Below the pieces are notes generated by a model. The model did no database searches. It was not told the DNA's origin and saw only the letters and a list, made by a program, of their open reading frames with translations. A stretch of DNA of 62,983 nucleotides, counting the filler, from Octopus bimaculoides (Eukaryota): NCBI RefSeq assembly GCF_001194135.2. It is 6 parts of 6 records of this genome, joined end to end, with 100 filler letters (N's around TTAATTAATTAA, not from the genome) between each part and the next. Parts side by side here need not be neighbours in the genome. Positions count along the whole stretch, not along the records: positions 1 to 29,147 come from NC_068995.1; 5 more parts are not named here. One strand, 5' to 3'. Both the position numbers and the translations under genes were made by a program. Of this stretch, positions 1 to 11,405 are shown piece by piece. The stretch's first letter is position 1, and the number at the start of each line of letters is the position of its first letter.

Positions 1-312
1 ATATATATATATATACATATGTATGTACACATATATGTACATTTGTATATATTTATATGTGTGTATGTGTAATATATGTATATACATACGTACACGCACA
101 CTCACACACACATATATTAACGTTAGTTTTTATAAATTATACAGAAAAGACTGTTTCACATTAAGCTGAAAAAATACCCAATACTTTTTAATAGTGTACA
201 TGCTTATTAAACGTTTTAAAGGATGACGACAGTAACTTCGAAGCTCGAGCCTGCTAGCTTCCGCGATACTATCATAATGGATATGCGTATAGATATACAT
301 ACATACATACAC

Positions 313-345
<33 letters not shown>

Positions 346-1593
346 AATACACACACACACATATAATTTAACCCACTACTAGAAATCTATGACTCACTTA
401 CACGCAGTACATTCACCTCATCAACTAGAAAGACGTGTAAGTAGGTCACAACTATTTATATAATCAATGATTTAATTCTTTGTATTTTCTGTATCTCATC
501 TTGTCATCGACTCGCGTACGCACTAGAAATCTGTGTATCCGAAAATATTCCCATTATTTAAGCTTTGTCTTCGATCGGGAATCACAAATATAGACCACAT
601 CTTCAGTAAATAAATGAAGAAAGTCATACCATCAGAATATGGAGAAAGATAAACAGTAGTTCAGGGGATAAAAAAAGTGCATAATCTTTACTAAGATTGC
701 AATCGCGGAGCATAAATAGTAATTGAAATACAGGATGGTATAATTTCATCTGATCAATAATAGCAGTTCGTAGCAAATTGAAATAGCTCGCTCTCCAAAG
801 CTGGCGCCATTTCAAACGGCAGTTAGCCGATGGTCAGAATGCCGTTGGCTAAATGTAACGTCTTGTTGACCCAGTTGGTGAGGGGGTGGTCTTACCCTTT
901 GCTCTTTTTGTGCTTCTATTCTTTAATTACAACATGGAGTTACCTAAGGCGAAGAACGGAGTACATCGGAGGTCAAGCTGAAGACAAAGAAGGTTAAGCC
1001 TAAATTGTACGCATTCTTAACATACTAGCCACTTGGCTGCTATTTTCCATTTTTCTTCCACTGTAATTTTCTTTGCAAAAGCGGCGTTTACTTGTAAGAA
1101 AATATAGTATACTTTTAAATTATGCTGCACTGCTGTGAGCAGTATAGCGTACTTGGAAATTACTATAGTGATGTAGTAGATAATGATGAAATATTGTTAT
1201 ATACAATGTTCTTTCTCGAATATATTCTGCACGTATGTTATGACTTAATTAATTACACACAAACCAGCATTGATTCGTTGCTATATCTGTCCCGTGCCGC
1301 AAGGTAAACATTTTTTCGCTACACGTTGGAGAGCTGTAGATGTATTGTGAGAACTGCAAACAAAAATATTTTGCTTACTCTTTGTGAACTGAAGAAAATA
1401 GATCACCTTTACTGGTTTCAAATCTCGTTTGATTCAAATAAGAGGGAACATATTATTTGATCTTCTCAGGAAGAAGAGAAAAAAAAAAAGAAACGCAGTT
1501 AATAGTTATAGATATTCACTAAATGTAATTATCATGGATAATATAATAACGGGCAATGTTTCCATAACACACACAGACAGAGAATCAGACACA

Positions 1594-1657
<64 letters not shown>

Positions 1658-2028
1658 NNNNNNNNNNNNNNNNNNNNNNNNNNNNNNNNNNNNNNNNNNN
1701 NNNNNNNNNNNNNNNNNNNNNNNNNNNNNNNNNNNNNNNNNNNNNNNNNNNNNNNNNNNNNNNNNNNNNNNNNNNNNNNNNNNNNNNNNNNNNNNNNNNN
1801 NNNNNNNNNNNNNNNNNNNNNNNNNNNNNNNNNNNNNNNNNNNNNNNNNNNNNNNNNNNNNNNNNNNNNNNNNNNNNNNNNNNNNNNNNNNNNNNNNNNN
1901 NNNNNNNNNNNNNNNNNNNNNNNNNNNNNNNNNNNNNNNNNNNNNNNNNNNNNNNNNNNNNNNNNNNNNNNNNNNNNNNNNNNNNNNNNNNNNNNNNNNN
2001 NNNNNNNNNNNNNNNNNNNNNNNNNNNN

Positions 2029-2392
2029 AAGTGACCATTTCTAAAGCGTGAGAACCACTCGTAAACCTTTGTCTTGCTCATGACAACGACTTGTACGCTG
2101 TTAGAAATATGACAACTGTTTCGGCCACCGTTTTCTCCCGCGGAAAACAGAATTCCCGGAATCACGCTGCTCCTTCGTTTCAGTCATCAGAAAAACGGAC
2201 AGGGCAGAAGCACTACAAAACAAATCGCACCACGTGGCAGTAGGACTCCACAGGATGATGCCGGTCGGTACACTGATGTCTGAGGGTCGTATCAAGTGGC
2301 CTCTAGCGGCAGAAAACTGAACTACGACGGGCTTGTCCCACAGAGAACGTTTCCTGTTACTTTTGGGCATTCCTAGTTTACTTTGCCGCTCT
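2029..2392 (-). mobile_element. Mariner DNA transposon, 5' (left) end fragment running into an N gap
   Basis: Minus strand gives frameshifted MTETKEQR...KTVAETVVIFLTAYK / MSKTKVYEWFSRFRNGH, the mariner transposase N-terminal HTH; TIR-like end near 2362-2392 next to a TA. Confidence 0.75.
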
Positions 2393-2650
2393 ATCTTGCC
2401 TATTGAGGTACATTGTGGGCGCAAGAAGGCTGCTTACGGTGTAAATATAATCAATGGTTTCTACTTGTTGTTTACATTCACGATATGTTGGGTTGTTGCC
2501 GTTCTTTAAGATGTTGGCCTGATAGATCTTGTAGGTAGGCATTGATCCAGGGCTGCTATGATAAATCCTTTTGCCTCTGATTTTAAACCAGGAGGTGCCA
2601 ACCGTTGAGTAAGGATTTTCTCTACATCAGCATTATTAGCTCTCATTGTG
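2393..2650 (-). mobile_element. R4/Dong-type (REL endonuclease) non-LTR retrotransposon, internal fragment
   Basis: ADVEKILTQRLAPPGLKSEAKGFIIAALDQCLPTR, then after a frameshift KNGNNPTYRECKQQVETIDYIYTVSSLLAPTMYLNRQDRAAK: post-RT region and decayed CCHC knuckle typical of R4-clade ORFs. Confidence 0.8.
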
Positions 2651-3350
2651 TCAGACGGACTTGTCCGAGGCGCTCGCAGAGCGACGAAACCTTTCTGCAT
2701 GGACTGGTTCAGTGTTCGGGCATTGCTGACTTGTCGAGTTATATCAAACAGCTGCTGTCGCGTGTAGGACAGATCCATCTGTTGTTCGAGTCGATAATGA
2801 TGATTGGCCGCTGCTCTCCTTTAATCGGGCTGGCAAGGCAGTTTTCCTTTGTCTGGTGGCGGTGGCGAAAAAAGGTTATCTCTTGGACGAGGCTGAAAGG
2901 AATGAGGACAGAACATTCGTCCTTGATAAATCTCTCATCGACTTTTTCAAGTTTCACAGGAAAAGGAAAGTGAGGGTGGAGAGGGGGGTGCTCTCCTCGA
3001 GAGAATCTATCAAAAGGTGGGTGAAAGTTGCAAAAATAACAAGAGGGGATAATACCACTCCCAGTGTAGACCTGTGAATCGGAAGAAAGAAGTTGGAATG
3101 GCCTCTCGTCCTTGGTACTCAGGGTGATCTTGGATGGTGGGCTTGAATCCCTCGCGGTCCTCGTGAATCAGGGGGATCCCCCATCGTGATCCTTTCCCCA
3201 CTCTTTTTCTACTGTCGTATGCTATGTATATTTCCCTTCTTCTTCTAATATATACCATATATTCATTTTATTTTATCATTCCATTATATGTCTGTTTTTG
3301 TATTATCCCCTCATCCTTCGCCGTGGTGGCAAATAAAAGAAATCATCATC

Positions 3351-3351
<1 letters not shown>
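2651..3351 (+). mobile_element. Tx1/L1-clade LINE, 3' end (decayed ORF2 C-terminus + 3' UTR)
   Basis: TCPRRSQSDETFLHGLVQCS (decayed CCHC), WTRLKGMRTE, SLIDFFKFHRKRKVRVERGVLSSRESIKRWVKVAK; ends GTGGTGGCAAATAAAAGAAATC running into an (ATT)n tail. Confidence 0.7.
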
Positions 3352-3424
<73 letters not shown>

Positions 3425-3440
3425 CATTATTATTATCATT
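3352..3440. repeat. (ATT)n microsatellite shared as tail by two opposed retroelements
   Basis: Direct reading; lies between a + strand LINE 3' end and a - strand R4/Dong 3' end. Confidence 0.95.
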
Positions 3441-4000
3441 AACTCTTTATCACAGGTTTTGTTGGAGCTGCCATAGTCCTGCATGCGTAGCAGGCTCATC
3501 GCCTGCAGCCTACTGTACCATGCTATTCGTTTTTTTTCCAGCTATCAAATACTTTCCTAAGTATTCTGGTCGTGCAAAGGGGGCAAAATGTCTGTAACAG
3601 TTGTACCTCTTGGTGCCTTCTGATACTGTTGCCAAGGACCCAACAATAATTGGCACTATCTTCACCTTCATTTTCCATAGCCAAGATATTTCGTACTTAA
3701 CAGGGTTCTATCTATCTATCTATCTATCTATTTTTTCGACTTCATTCTTGACTATTCGTAGGTCAAAGGGGGATGCAACGTCAACTATGTAGCATGTGTA
3801 GTGCATCTTGTCCACCACCACTAGGTCCGATCTGCTATGCTCTAGTACCTGATCTGTTTGGATTGGGAAATCCCACTGGATTTTGCTAGTCTCCCACTCT
3901 GCCACTTTCTGCGGTTTGTGCTCGTACCACTTCTTGCCTCTCTCTAGCCCCCACTTTTCGCACAGTTTCCGATGTAGCACTTTCGCTACCTGGTCATGTG
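3441..4000 (-). mobile_element. R4/Dong-type retrotransposon, 3' end (REL domain + 3' UTR), second family
   Basis: HDQVAKVLHRKLCEKWGLERGKKWYEHKPQK...WDFPIQTDQVLEHSRSDLVVVDK...IVDVASPFDLRIVKNEVEK (decayed RPD...D...EK REL motif); 3' UTR hairpin GCAGGCGATGAGCCTGC; (AAT)n tail; (ATAG)n insertion at ~3708-3730. Confidence 0.85.
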
Positions 4001-4129
4001 AGGGATACAAATATACGCTGGGATACAAATATACGAAGCCCGATAGACCTGTCTCGTGTATCAGTTTGATAAAGGCACATGAGGCACATGTATCACAACC
4101 AGGTGTACGATATTGTGACCCCATATCAA

Positions 4130-4410
4130 GATATACATCGCATTTCCTTACAAATGGGGCTCACTTGGAATTTTCTCCAGCTCGAGTAGCCCACCCCACA
4201 CTAAAGCTCCATGAATATAAGTTGTTTAAAAATGATGAACAAAACACCTATCTTATCAGAGGTAAATTATTCGAATCCCAAAGAATTGCTCTCAGAACAT
4301 ATCTATGATGCTTGCCCAATACTTCTGCGTGTGATAAGAGATGCAAATATCATCAGCCACCAAGGGACATGCTCAACTATTTATGGTCAAGCAATTAATT
4401 ATATATCATT
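4130..4410 (+). mobile_element. Highly degenerate mariner transposase C-terminal fragment (tentative)
   Basis: VAHPT...EYKLFKNDEQNTYLIRGKLFESQRIALRTYL loosely resembles the mariner HPPYSPDLAPSDYHLF...GKKF region. Confidence 0.35.
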
Positions 4411-4411
4411 A

Positions 4412-4500
4412 TAAAATAAGTACCAGTCGCGTACTTGGGTCGATGTACCCAACTAACCCTTCCACCAAAATTTCAGACGTAGTGCATAATGTACAGAGGA
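4412..4500 (+). mobile_element. SINE family A, 3' half
   Basis: ATAAAATAAGTACCAGT...GGGTCGATG...CCAAAATTTCAG matches the 3' half of full copies at 30001 and 42524; (ATT/ATC)n tail follows. Confidence 0.65.
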
Positions 4501-4557
4501 TTATCATTATTATTATAATCATCATCATCATCATCATTATTATTATTATTATTATTA

Positions 4558-4837
4558 TTTTATGTTTGACTTTTGTTTTGCATTTGTACAAGTTGGATCC
4601 AAGTCTCACCCAGAGACCTCAAGAGACAACAAGTTAGAAGTTCATGTAGGTGTTATGCCTAGGGTACCATATATTTGGATTTGTACAGTTTTGTTCAAGT
4701 GAATGTTTAAGAAACCATAAGAAAATTATGTTTGCTTTAAAATTTGAGATCACATAGACAGTATTTTACGTAGGATATGGGCAGTTCCCATGAGCACTAT
4801 CTTTTGGACTTCAGCCATTTTGGGGTTTCCTGGTATC
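4558..4837 (-). mobile_element. R4/Dong-type retrotransposon, extreme 3' end
   Basis: IPGNPKMAEVQKIVLMGTAHILRKILSM-stop (4750), ~190-nt 3' UTR, then (AAT)n on the minus strand; 5' part lost in an N gap. Confidence 0.85.
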
Positions 4838-5730
4838 NNNNNNNNNNNNNNNNNNNNNNNNNNNNNNNNNNNNNNNNNNNNNNNNNNNNNNNNNNNNNNN
4901 NNNNNNNNNNNNNNNNNNNNNNNNNNNNNNNNNNNNNNNNNNNNNNNNNNNNNNNNNNNNNNNNNNNNNNNNNNNNNNNNNNNNNNNNNNNNNNNNNNNN
5001 NNNNNNNNNNNNNNNNNNNNNNNNNNNNNNNNNNNNNNNNNNNNNNNNNNNNNNNNNNNNNNNNNNNNNNNNNNNNNNNNNNNNNNNNNNNNNNNNNNNN
5101 NNNNNNNNNNNNNNNNNNNNNNNNNNNNNNNNNNNNNNNNNNNNNNNNNNNNNNNNNNNNNNNNNNNNNNNNNNNNNNNNNNNNNNNNNNNNNNNNNNNN
5201 NNNNNNNNNNNNNNNNNNNNNNNNNNNNNNNNNNNNNNNNNNNNNNNNNNNNNNNNNNNNNNNNNNNNNNNNNNNNNNNNNNNNNNNNNNNNNNNNNNNN
5301 NNNNNNNNNNNNNNNNNNNNNNNNNNNNNNNNNNNNNNNNNNNNNNNNNNNNNNNNNNNNNNNNNNNNNNNNNNNNNNNNNNNNNNNNNNNNNNNNNNNN
5401 NNNNNNNNNNNNNNNNNNNNNNNNNNNNNNNNNNNNNNNNNNNNNNNNNNNNNNNNNNNNNNNNNNNNNNNNNNNNNNNNNNNNNNNNNNNNNNNNNNNN
5501 NNNNNNNNNNNNNNNNNNNNNNNNNNNNNNNNNNNNNNNNNNNNNNNNNNNNNNNNNNNNNNNNNNNNNNNNNNNNNNNNNNNNNNNNNNNNNNNNNNNN
5601 NNNNNNNNNNNNNNNNNNNNNNNNNNNNNNNNNNNNNNNNNNNNNNNNNNNNNNNNNNNNNNNNNNNNNNNNNNNNNNNNNNNNNNNNNNNNNNNNNNNN
5701 NNNNNNNNNNNNNNNNNNNNNNNNNNNNNN

Positions 5731-5845
<115 letters not shown>

Positions 5846-5859
5846 TTCGGACTGTGAAT

Positions 5860-6050
5860 TGTCAAATGTTTTGCGGCATTTAGTTATGTCATTTATATTG
5901 TCCGTTCGAAAGCTATCTCTCATTCTTACTCGAGTCGATAAAATATGTATCAGTCAAGTACCGAGGCCGTTGATTTAATTGTCTCTACCCCTTCCTTCAA
6001 AATGTGTGGCTCCGTGCCAAAGTTTAGAAATCTTTGTTATTATTACTTGG
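5860..6050 (+). mobile_element. Degenerate SINE family A copy
   Basis: GAGTCGATAAAATATGTATCAGTCAAGTACCGAGG...CCCCTTCCTTCAAAATG...GTGCCAAAGTTTAGAAA similar to other family A copies in the window. Confidence 0.5.
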
Positions 6051-7539
6051 CACATAATTCTACTTCGGTAAATTGAAGAATCTAGATGAGTTAAGTATCT
6101 TGCTTAAGGATATAGTTCAGCGCCAGTAGCAACTATGAACTGACGATCCATGACCAGAGAAGTGTTAGATTACCTCCTCATTATCTCATCCATTGCTGAA
6201 ATAAGCAACCAATGAATGATGTTGTGAATAGTTATGTAAGAAATCTTTAGTAAAATTTTCCAACATTTCCCATTGCGGTTTTACAGTTCTCGCTTATCGC
6301 TTAAAGAGCAAAGAGGAAGTGAGATTTGTTGTTCAGCTAATAGAAGAAATATTAGCCTGTGGAATATTGTATCAGTTTATGTTTCACGCATTATCATTTG
6401 GACAAAATCCAAGCAAGTTAGCCAAAGTGGCAGTGTTATTATTGTAACATAACTCGAAACTTCTTCAATATTGCAATTAAGTTTTTGGGAAGGCGCTGTA
6501 GTTGGTGGAGAGAGGATGGTAGGTAGCCAAGTGAGGTTCTGTTTATTGATACAAATCACATTTGTGTGTTCGAATCTAATCATGATTCTTATTGACGCTG
6601 TTTCTTCTCATGTGTTTTAAGTCAATACGCTATCAATAATTATAAACAACTTTCAGCTGAGCGAAGCTGGATTTCTTTCTGTTCTTTGTAATGTAGTTTA
6701 GGAACATATTGTAGACTATTTCAATGACTGCCTCCCTGTTATTTATGTAGTACTTTCTCGATAGACGAAGATCAATATAGAACCTCTTCCCGAAGACCGT
6801 TCAATAGTATCTACATAATCGCTGTTCAATCTTTTTAGATATATTTATTCTTAATTTTTTTGATTCGATGTCGCTCCCAAGAAACCGATAAGCGCCAGGC
6901 GTTTGAACAAGCCTCAAGTAGGATCTTAAAATGCTAGAAGTTACAAAATAAATGAAAACAATGAAAAAATGAAAAACCCAGTTTCAGCTGAACAATAATA
7001 TTTTGTTGGGTGCATAAAATCGTAACTCAATGCATGTATAGTATTTTCAGTCAGAAATATCTTTGAAAAACTGTCGGATGTGGGACTTACTACACTTTCG
7101 AAAAATGCTAAACCGTTATATTACACTTTGACAATTTTAATGTCTCGGCATCTGAAGCAGCTGGAATACGATAGTTTGACCAAAAGATCTGAGCATTGCA
7201 AGCAAAATTAAATATTAAAAAAAAAACGCATTTGGCCAAATGAAGACATACGACAGCTTAACATCATAGCAACAACACACACACACACACACACACACAN
7301 NNNNNNNNNNNNNNNNNNNNNNNNNNNNNNNNNNNNNNNNNNNNNNNNNNNNNNNNNNNNNNNNNNNNNNNNNNNNNNNNNNNNNNNNNNNNNNNNNNNN
7401 NNNNNNNNNNNNNNNNNNNNNNNNNNNNNNNNNNNNNNNNNNNNNNNNNNNNNNNNNNNNNNNNNNNNNNNNNNNNNNNNNNNNNNNNNNNNNNNNNNNN
7501 NNNNNNNNNNNNNNNNNNNNNNNNNNNNNNNNNNNNNNN

Positions 7540-8445
7540 GGGTCATCTCATAAATAATGCGTGTTTTTATATTTCTTATATTTTCTAAAATTAAGATAAA
7601 CAAACTTCTTTTTTAATCTACGATATACTCTCCTTCATTTTCTACAATGTTCTTCTGTCTATCTCGTAGACTTGCAAGGCCGCGCTTCCAAAATTCACTT
7701 GTCTGTGACGAAAAATACTCCTCCAGTACTGTTCTGACCACGTTTACAGAATTCATATTTTTCCGTCCAAATGAATTTGTAGACTACGAAATAAATGATA
7801 TCAGATGGGGCAACGTCCGGCAAATATAGAGTTTGAGGTATCGCTTCACATTCAAACTATCCAGCCTTTGAAATGCCACCGTCGCTGTATGTGGTGAAGT
7901 ATTATCCTGATGGAAGAATACCTTTCGACTTAAAACCAAAGATGGTCACTTTTCTTTTAGCGCAGGTGTCGATGAATGTTTAAATGATCGAATCCAAGCT
8001 TCTCTTCTAGCTCTTCAACAGTTACGATGAGATTTTGTTCCACCAGGGTTGGCACAACGTCCTCACCGAACTCTCCACATCTTCCAGGATGAGGCTCATC
8101 TTCTGGGCTGTAATTTCCAGCTCGGAATTTCTGGAACCATCGTTGACGCTGGCTTACGCCTATTGCCCGATACCCATATACTGCTTTCCTATCCCCGCAT
8201 TTTTCGTTGCATTGTTGCCTTTGTTGAACTCATAAAGCAAAATATGCCGAATATACTTCCATTATAGTTTTGAAAAAATAGCTGTTAAAATTGAACTGAA
8301 CTTTTCAAAACTAGCACTAAGAATAAGTAAAAGGTCAAATTACTACCTGTTTTTATAGCAATTTGATGCAGGTAGTTTATCCTGTCCCCTCCTACTTTTA
8401 GTTCATGCAATTGAAAAAACCGCATTATTTATGAGATGATCCAAT
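7540..8445 (-). mobile_element. Internally deleted mariner (~0.9 kb) retaining both TIRs
   Basis: TIRs GGTCATCTCATAAATAATGCG (7541-7561) and CGCATTATTTATGAGATGATCCAATA (8420-8445); minus strand carries RHILLYEFNKGNNAT, TLVEQNLIVTVEELEEKLGF and a decayed C-terminal YLPDVAPSD. Confidence 0.9.
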
Positions 8446-8454
8446 ATATCTATA

Positions 8455-8455
8455 C

Positions 8456-8497
<42 letters not shown>

Positions 8498-8548
8498 GTG
8501 TATACGTATATATATCTATATTTATATCTATCTATCTATATATATATC

Positions 8549-8630
<82 letters not shown>
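8455..8630. repeat. Compound (TA)n/(TG)n/(CA)n microsatellite
   Basis: Direct reading. Confidence 0.9.
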
Positions 8631-8635
<5 letters not shown>

Positions 8636-9902
8636 GTCTATAAGTAACATATATACATAAATAGATGACAGGTAAATAAAGAGATAGATAAATAGATAGA
8701 CAGACAGAGAGACAGATAGATTGATAGATAGGCAGATATATGTACACACATTAGCACACATGCATAGATATACATATATGTCTATATAATTATACATGTA
8801 GATTCAGGTATTTGTACATGTATACACATAAATGGATTCATAAACGTATAAGTATATATACATATGTGTGTGTGTGTTTGTTTGTTTCTTTGTTTGTGTG
8901 TGTGTGTATCATATATGTGCATATATGTTTATACATGTAAGACAATGCAGACTTTGTGAAAAACAGACATTGAAACTTCGACGGCGCCCTATACAAAGGA
9001 AAGGAAGAGCCTAAAGATTTGAACGACGGTTGAGAGAGGCGGATTGATTGAGAAGGTGTAATAAGACTGTGCGTATGCACTTGTATGCTTGTGTGTATTC
9101 GTTTATGTGCATTCGTGTACGCATATGCCATTGTGTGCGTGTATGCCTAGGTGAGCGTGTGTACGTGTATCCGCGTACGCGTGTATGTGAGACAACGGAA
9201 TGTGTGTTAGAGACGATGAGTTAAAAATGTATAAAATAAAGACAGCCTGGAGAAATGAGAGCCAGAAAAATAAAGAGAGAGAGTGAGTTTGGGAGAGAGG
9301 GCGAGAAAGACGAAGAGCGATTGAGAGAGAAAATCATTTGAGAAAAAGAGACGAGAAAGAGAGAAAGAGCGGAGAGGAGAGTGAGAGGGGAAGTGAAAGT
9401 GCTGGAGAAGGAAAACTAAGGATATGAAAGAGTGTTGTGTGTTAGATGTTGGACGAGATTATCAGATTCTGAGAATGATGGACGCGGTGGTTTTTTTTTG
9501 TGTGTGTTGTAATTGATTTTGATTTAACACTTCATATTATTTTAAAGTATAGAATTAATTAAATTAATTAGGCTTTCTTTTTGCGCCAACTAAAGACGTG
9601 TCGAGTTTGTTAGAACAAAGCTAGATTTAACGAAAATACGAAAAAAAAATAATACAAAAGTAAAAGAAAAACAGAGAACACATACATACGTATATTCATA
9701 CATTCATATACGTATAGGCGTATATGTATATATGTGTGCTTGTGTGTATATACATATATATATACACATAGATAGATAGATAAATAGATAAATAGATATA
9801 GATACATAGATACATATATATGCATTCAGACAGACGTAAAGTTAAGCACATACACACGTAGAGCGAAGCTAATTATATATATACACAGAATTGAAGAGAC
9901 AC

Positions 9903-9936
<34 letters not shown>

Positions 9937-10099
9937 NNNNNNNNNNNNNNNNNNNNNNNNNNNNNNNNNNNNNNNNNNNNNNNNNNNNNNNNNNNNNNNN
10001 NNNNNNNNNNNNNNNNNNNNNNNNNNNNNNNNNNNNNNNNNNNNNNNNNNNNNNNNNNNNNNNNNNNNNNNNNNNNNNNNNNNNNNNNNNNNNNNNNNN

Positions 10100-10145
<46 letters not shown>

Positions 10146-11129
10146 ATATAGCCGTCTCCACACACAAACATATATATTCACACACGCACAAATGCCGATT
10201 TGTAGAAGCAGACATACGCACGCTAACATACGTATACAGAGAGAGAGGGAGGAGGGAGAGCGAGAAGGTGAGAGGGGAGAGAGAGAAATATACAGACAGA
10301 CAGAGACTGGCTCTAACACACAGTTACGGTGCAAGCGCACACACTTACGCACGCTCATACCTTCATGTGCACGCATGCTCACTCAAATATACACATTATA
10401 GCATATGCACACGCTTGCACATTACTACGTACATTCAAGGCACATACGAACAGCACACATACATACACACACTCGATATATACATAGAGATACACACAAA
10501 CACATCCGGGCGCGCACTCACCCCCACGCACACTTACACACACTCACACAAATGTCTGCTACTGATTGGCCAATCAGCTGATGATGATTATGATGTTGAT
10601 GATGATGATGAGTAATTTACTGGAAACTCAACACTATTTATAGAGAAAACCATTTGTTGATCAGATTCTCGCCATAACCAGAAGAAATTCACCATTTCGT
10701 AATATACCGTTCACTGTTGTATTATTTATTTATTTATACATTCTTTCTAGTTGTGCTTGATTTTTTTTATTTATTTATTTTAGTTTTTTTTTTAATTATC
10801 TCCTTCGATATTTAATTCATTTACAACAGACTCATTATTGTCTCCTCCATAGTCGTTGTCTCCTCGCATAGTCCAGACATTGGATGTAAATATAGATGTG
10901 TGTGAGAATGCGTACGTGTTTCATGTGGCCGAATGGCAAGACTGTTCGCTTCGCAGAACAATGTCGTGATTTCGATCTCGCTACGTAACATCGCTAGGAA
11001 GGATAGTCTTTTAGTTATATATTTTTTTGTTACCATAGCTTTCGTATTGGAACAACGTCAACAGAAATTGTGTTTGTATCTTATCTGTGTGCGTGAGAGT
11101 TGTTAAGAAGTTATTTTGAAATTCTGAGG

Positions 11130-11405
11130 TCTTGTGTGAGAACCGGGTGATTGACTTTTAACATAGCCTCGTGCCGACCTCGGTTGGTGAGACGGAAACT
11201 ATGTAGTAACCCACCGTTTAGATAGTACAGGTACATCAAAGTAGCATCTTTGTCTCATAGTTCCATATTTTGCCTCGTGTTGAGAATTACTCTAATGGTA
11301 CACTTGTTTGCGGAGTACTGACCCACGTACACATAAATTTAAAGAGTCTGTTGTTCAGCTGACCGAAGAGATGAAACGCCATCAGAGAAACCGACGGAGA
11401 CGCTA
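11130..11405 (+). mobile_element. Degenerate SINE (family C-like 3' part)
   Basis: GGAGTACTGACCCACGTACACATAAATTT...AACCGACGGAGACGC resembles the 3' end of the full element at 42985-43367. Confidence 0.4.

Noticed and set aside
390-448. 15-bp imperfect inverted repeat TGACTCACTTACACG / CGTGTAAGTAGGTCA
   Set aside because: Short AT-rich stem with two central non-Watson-Crick positions and no outward extension; expected by chance in 63 kb.
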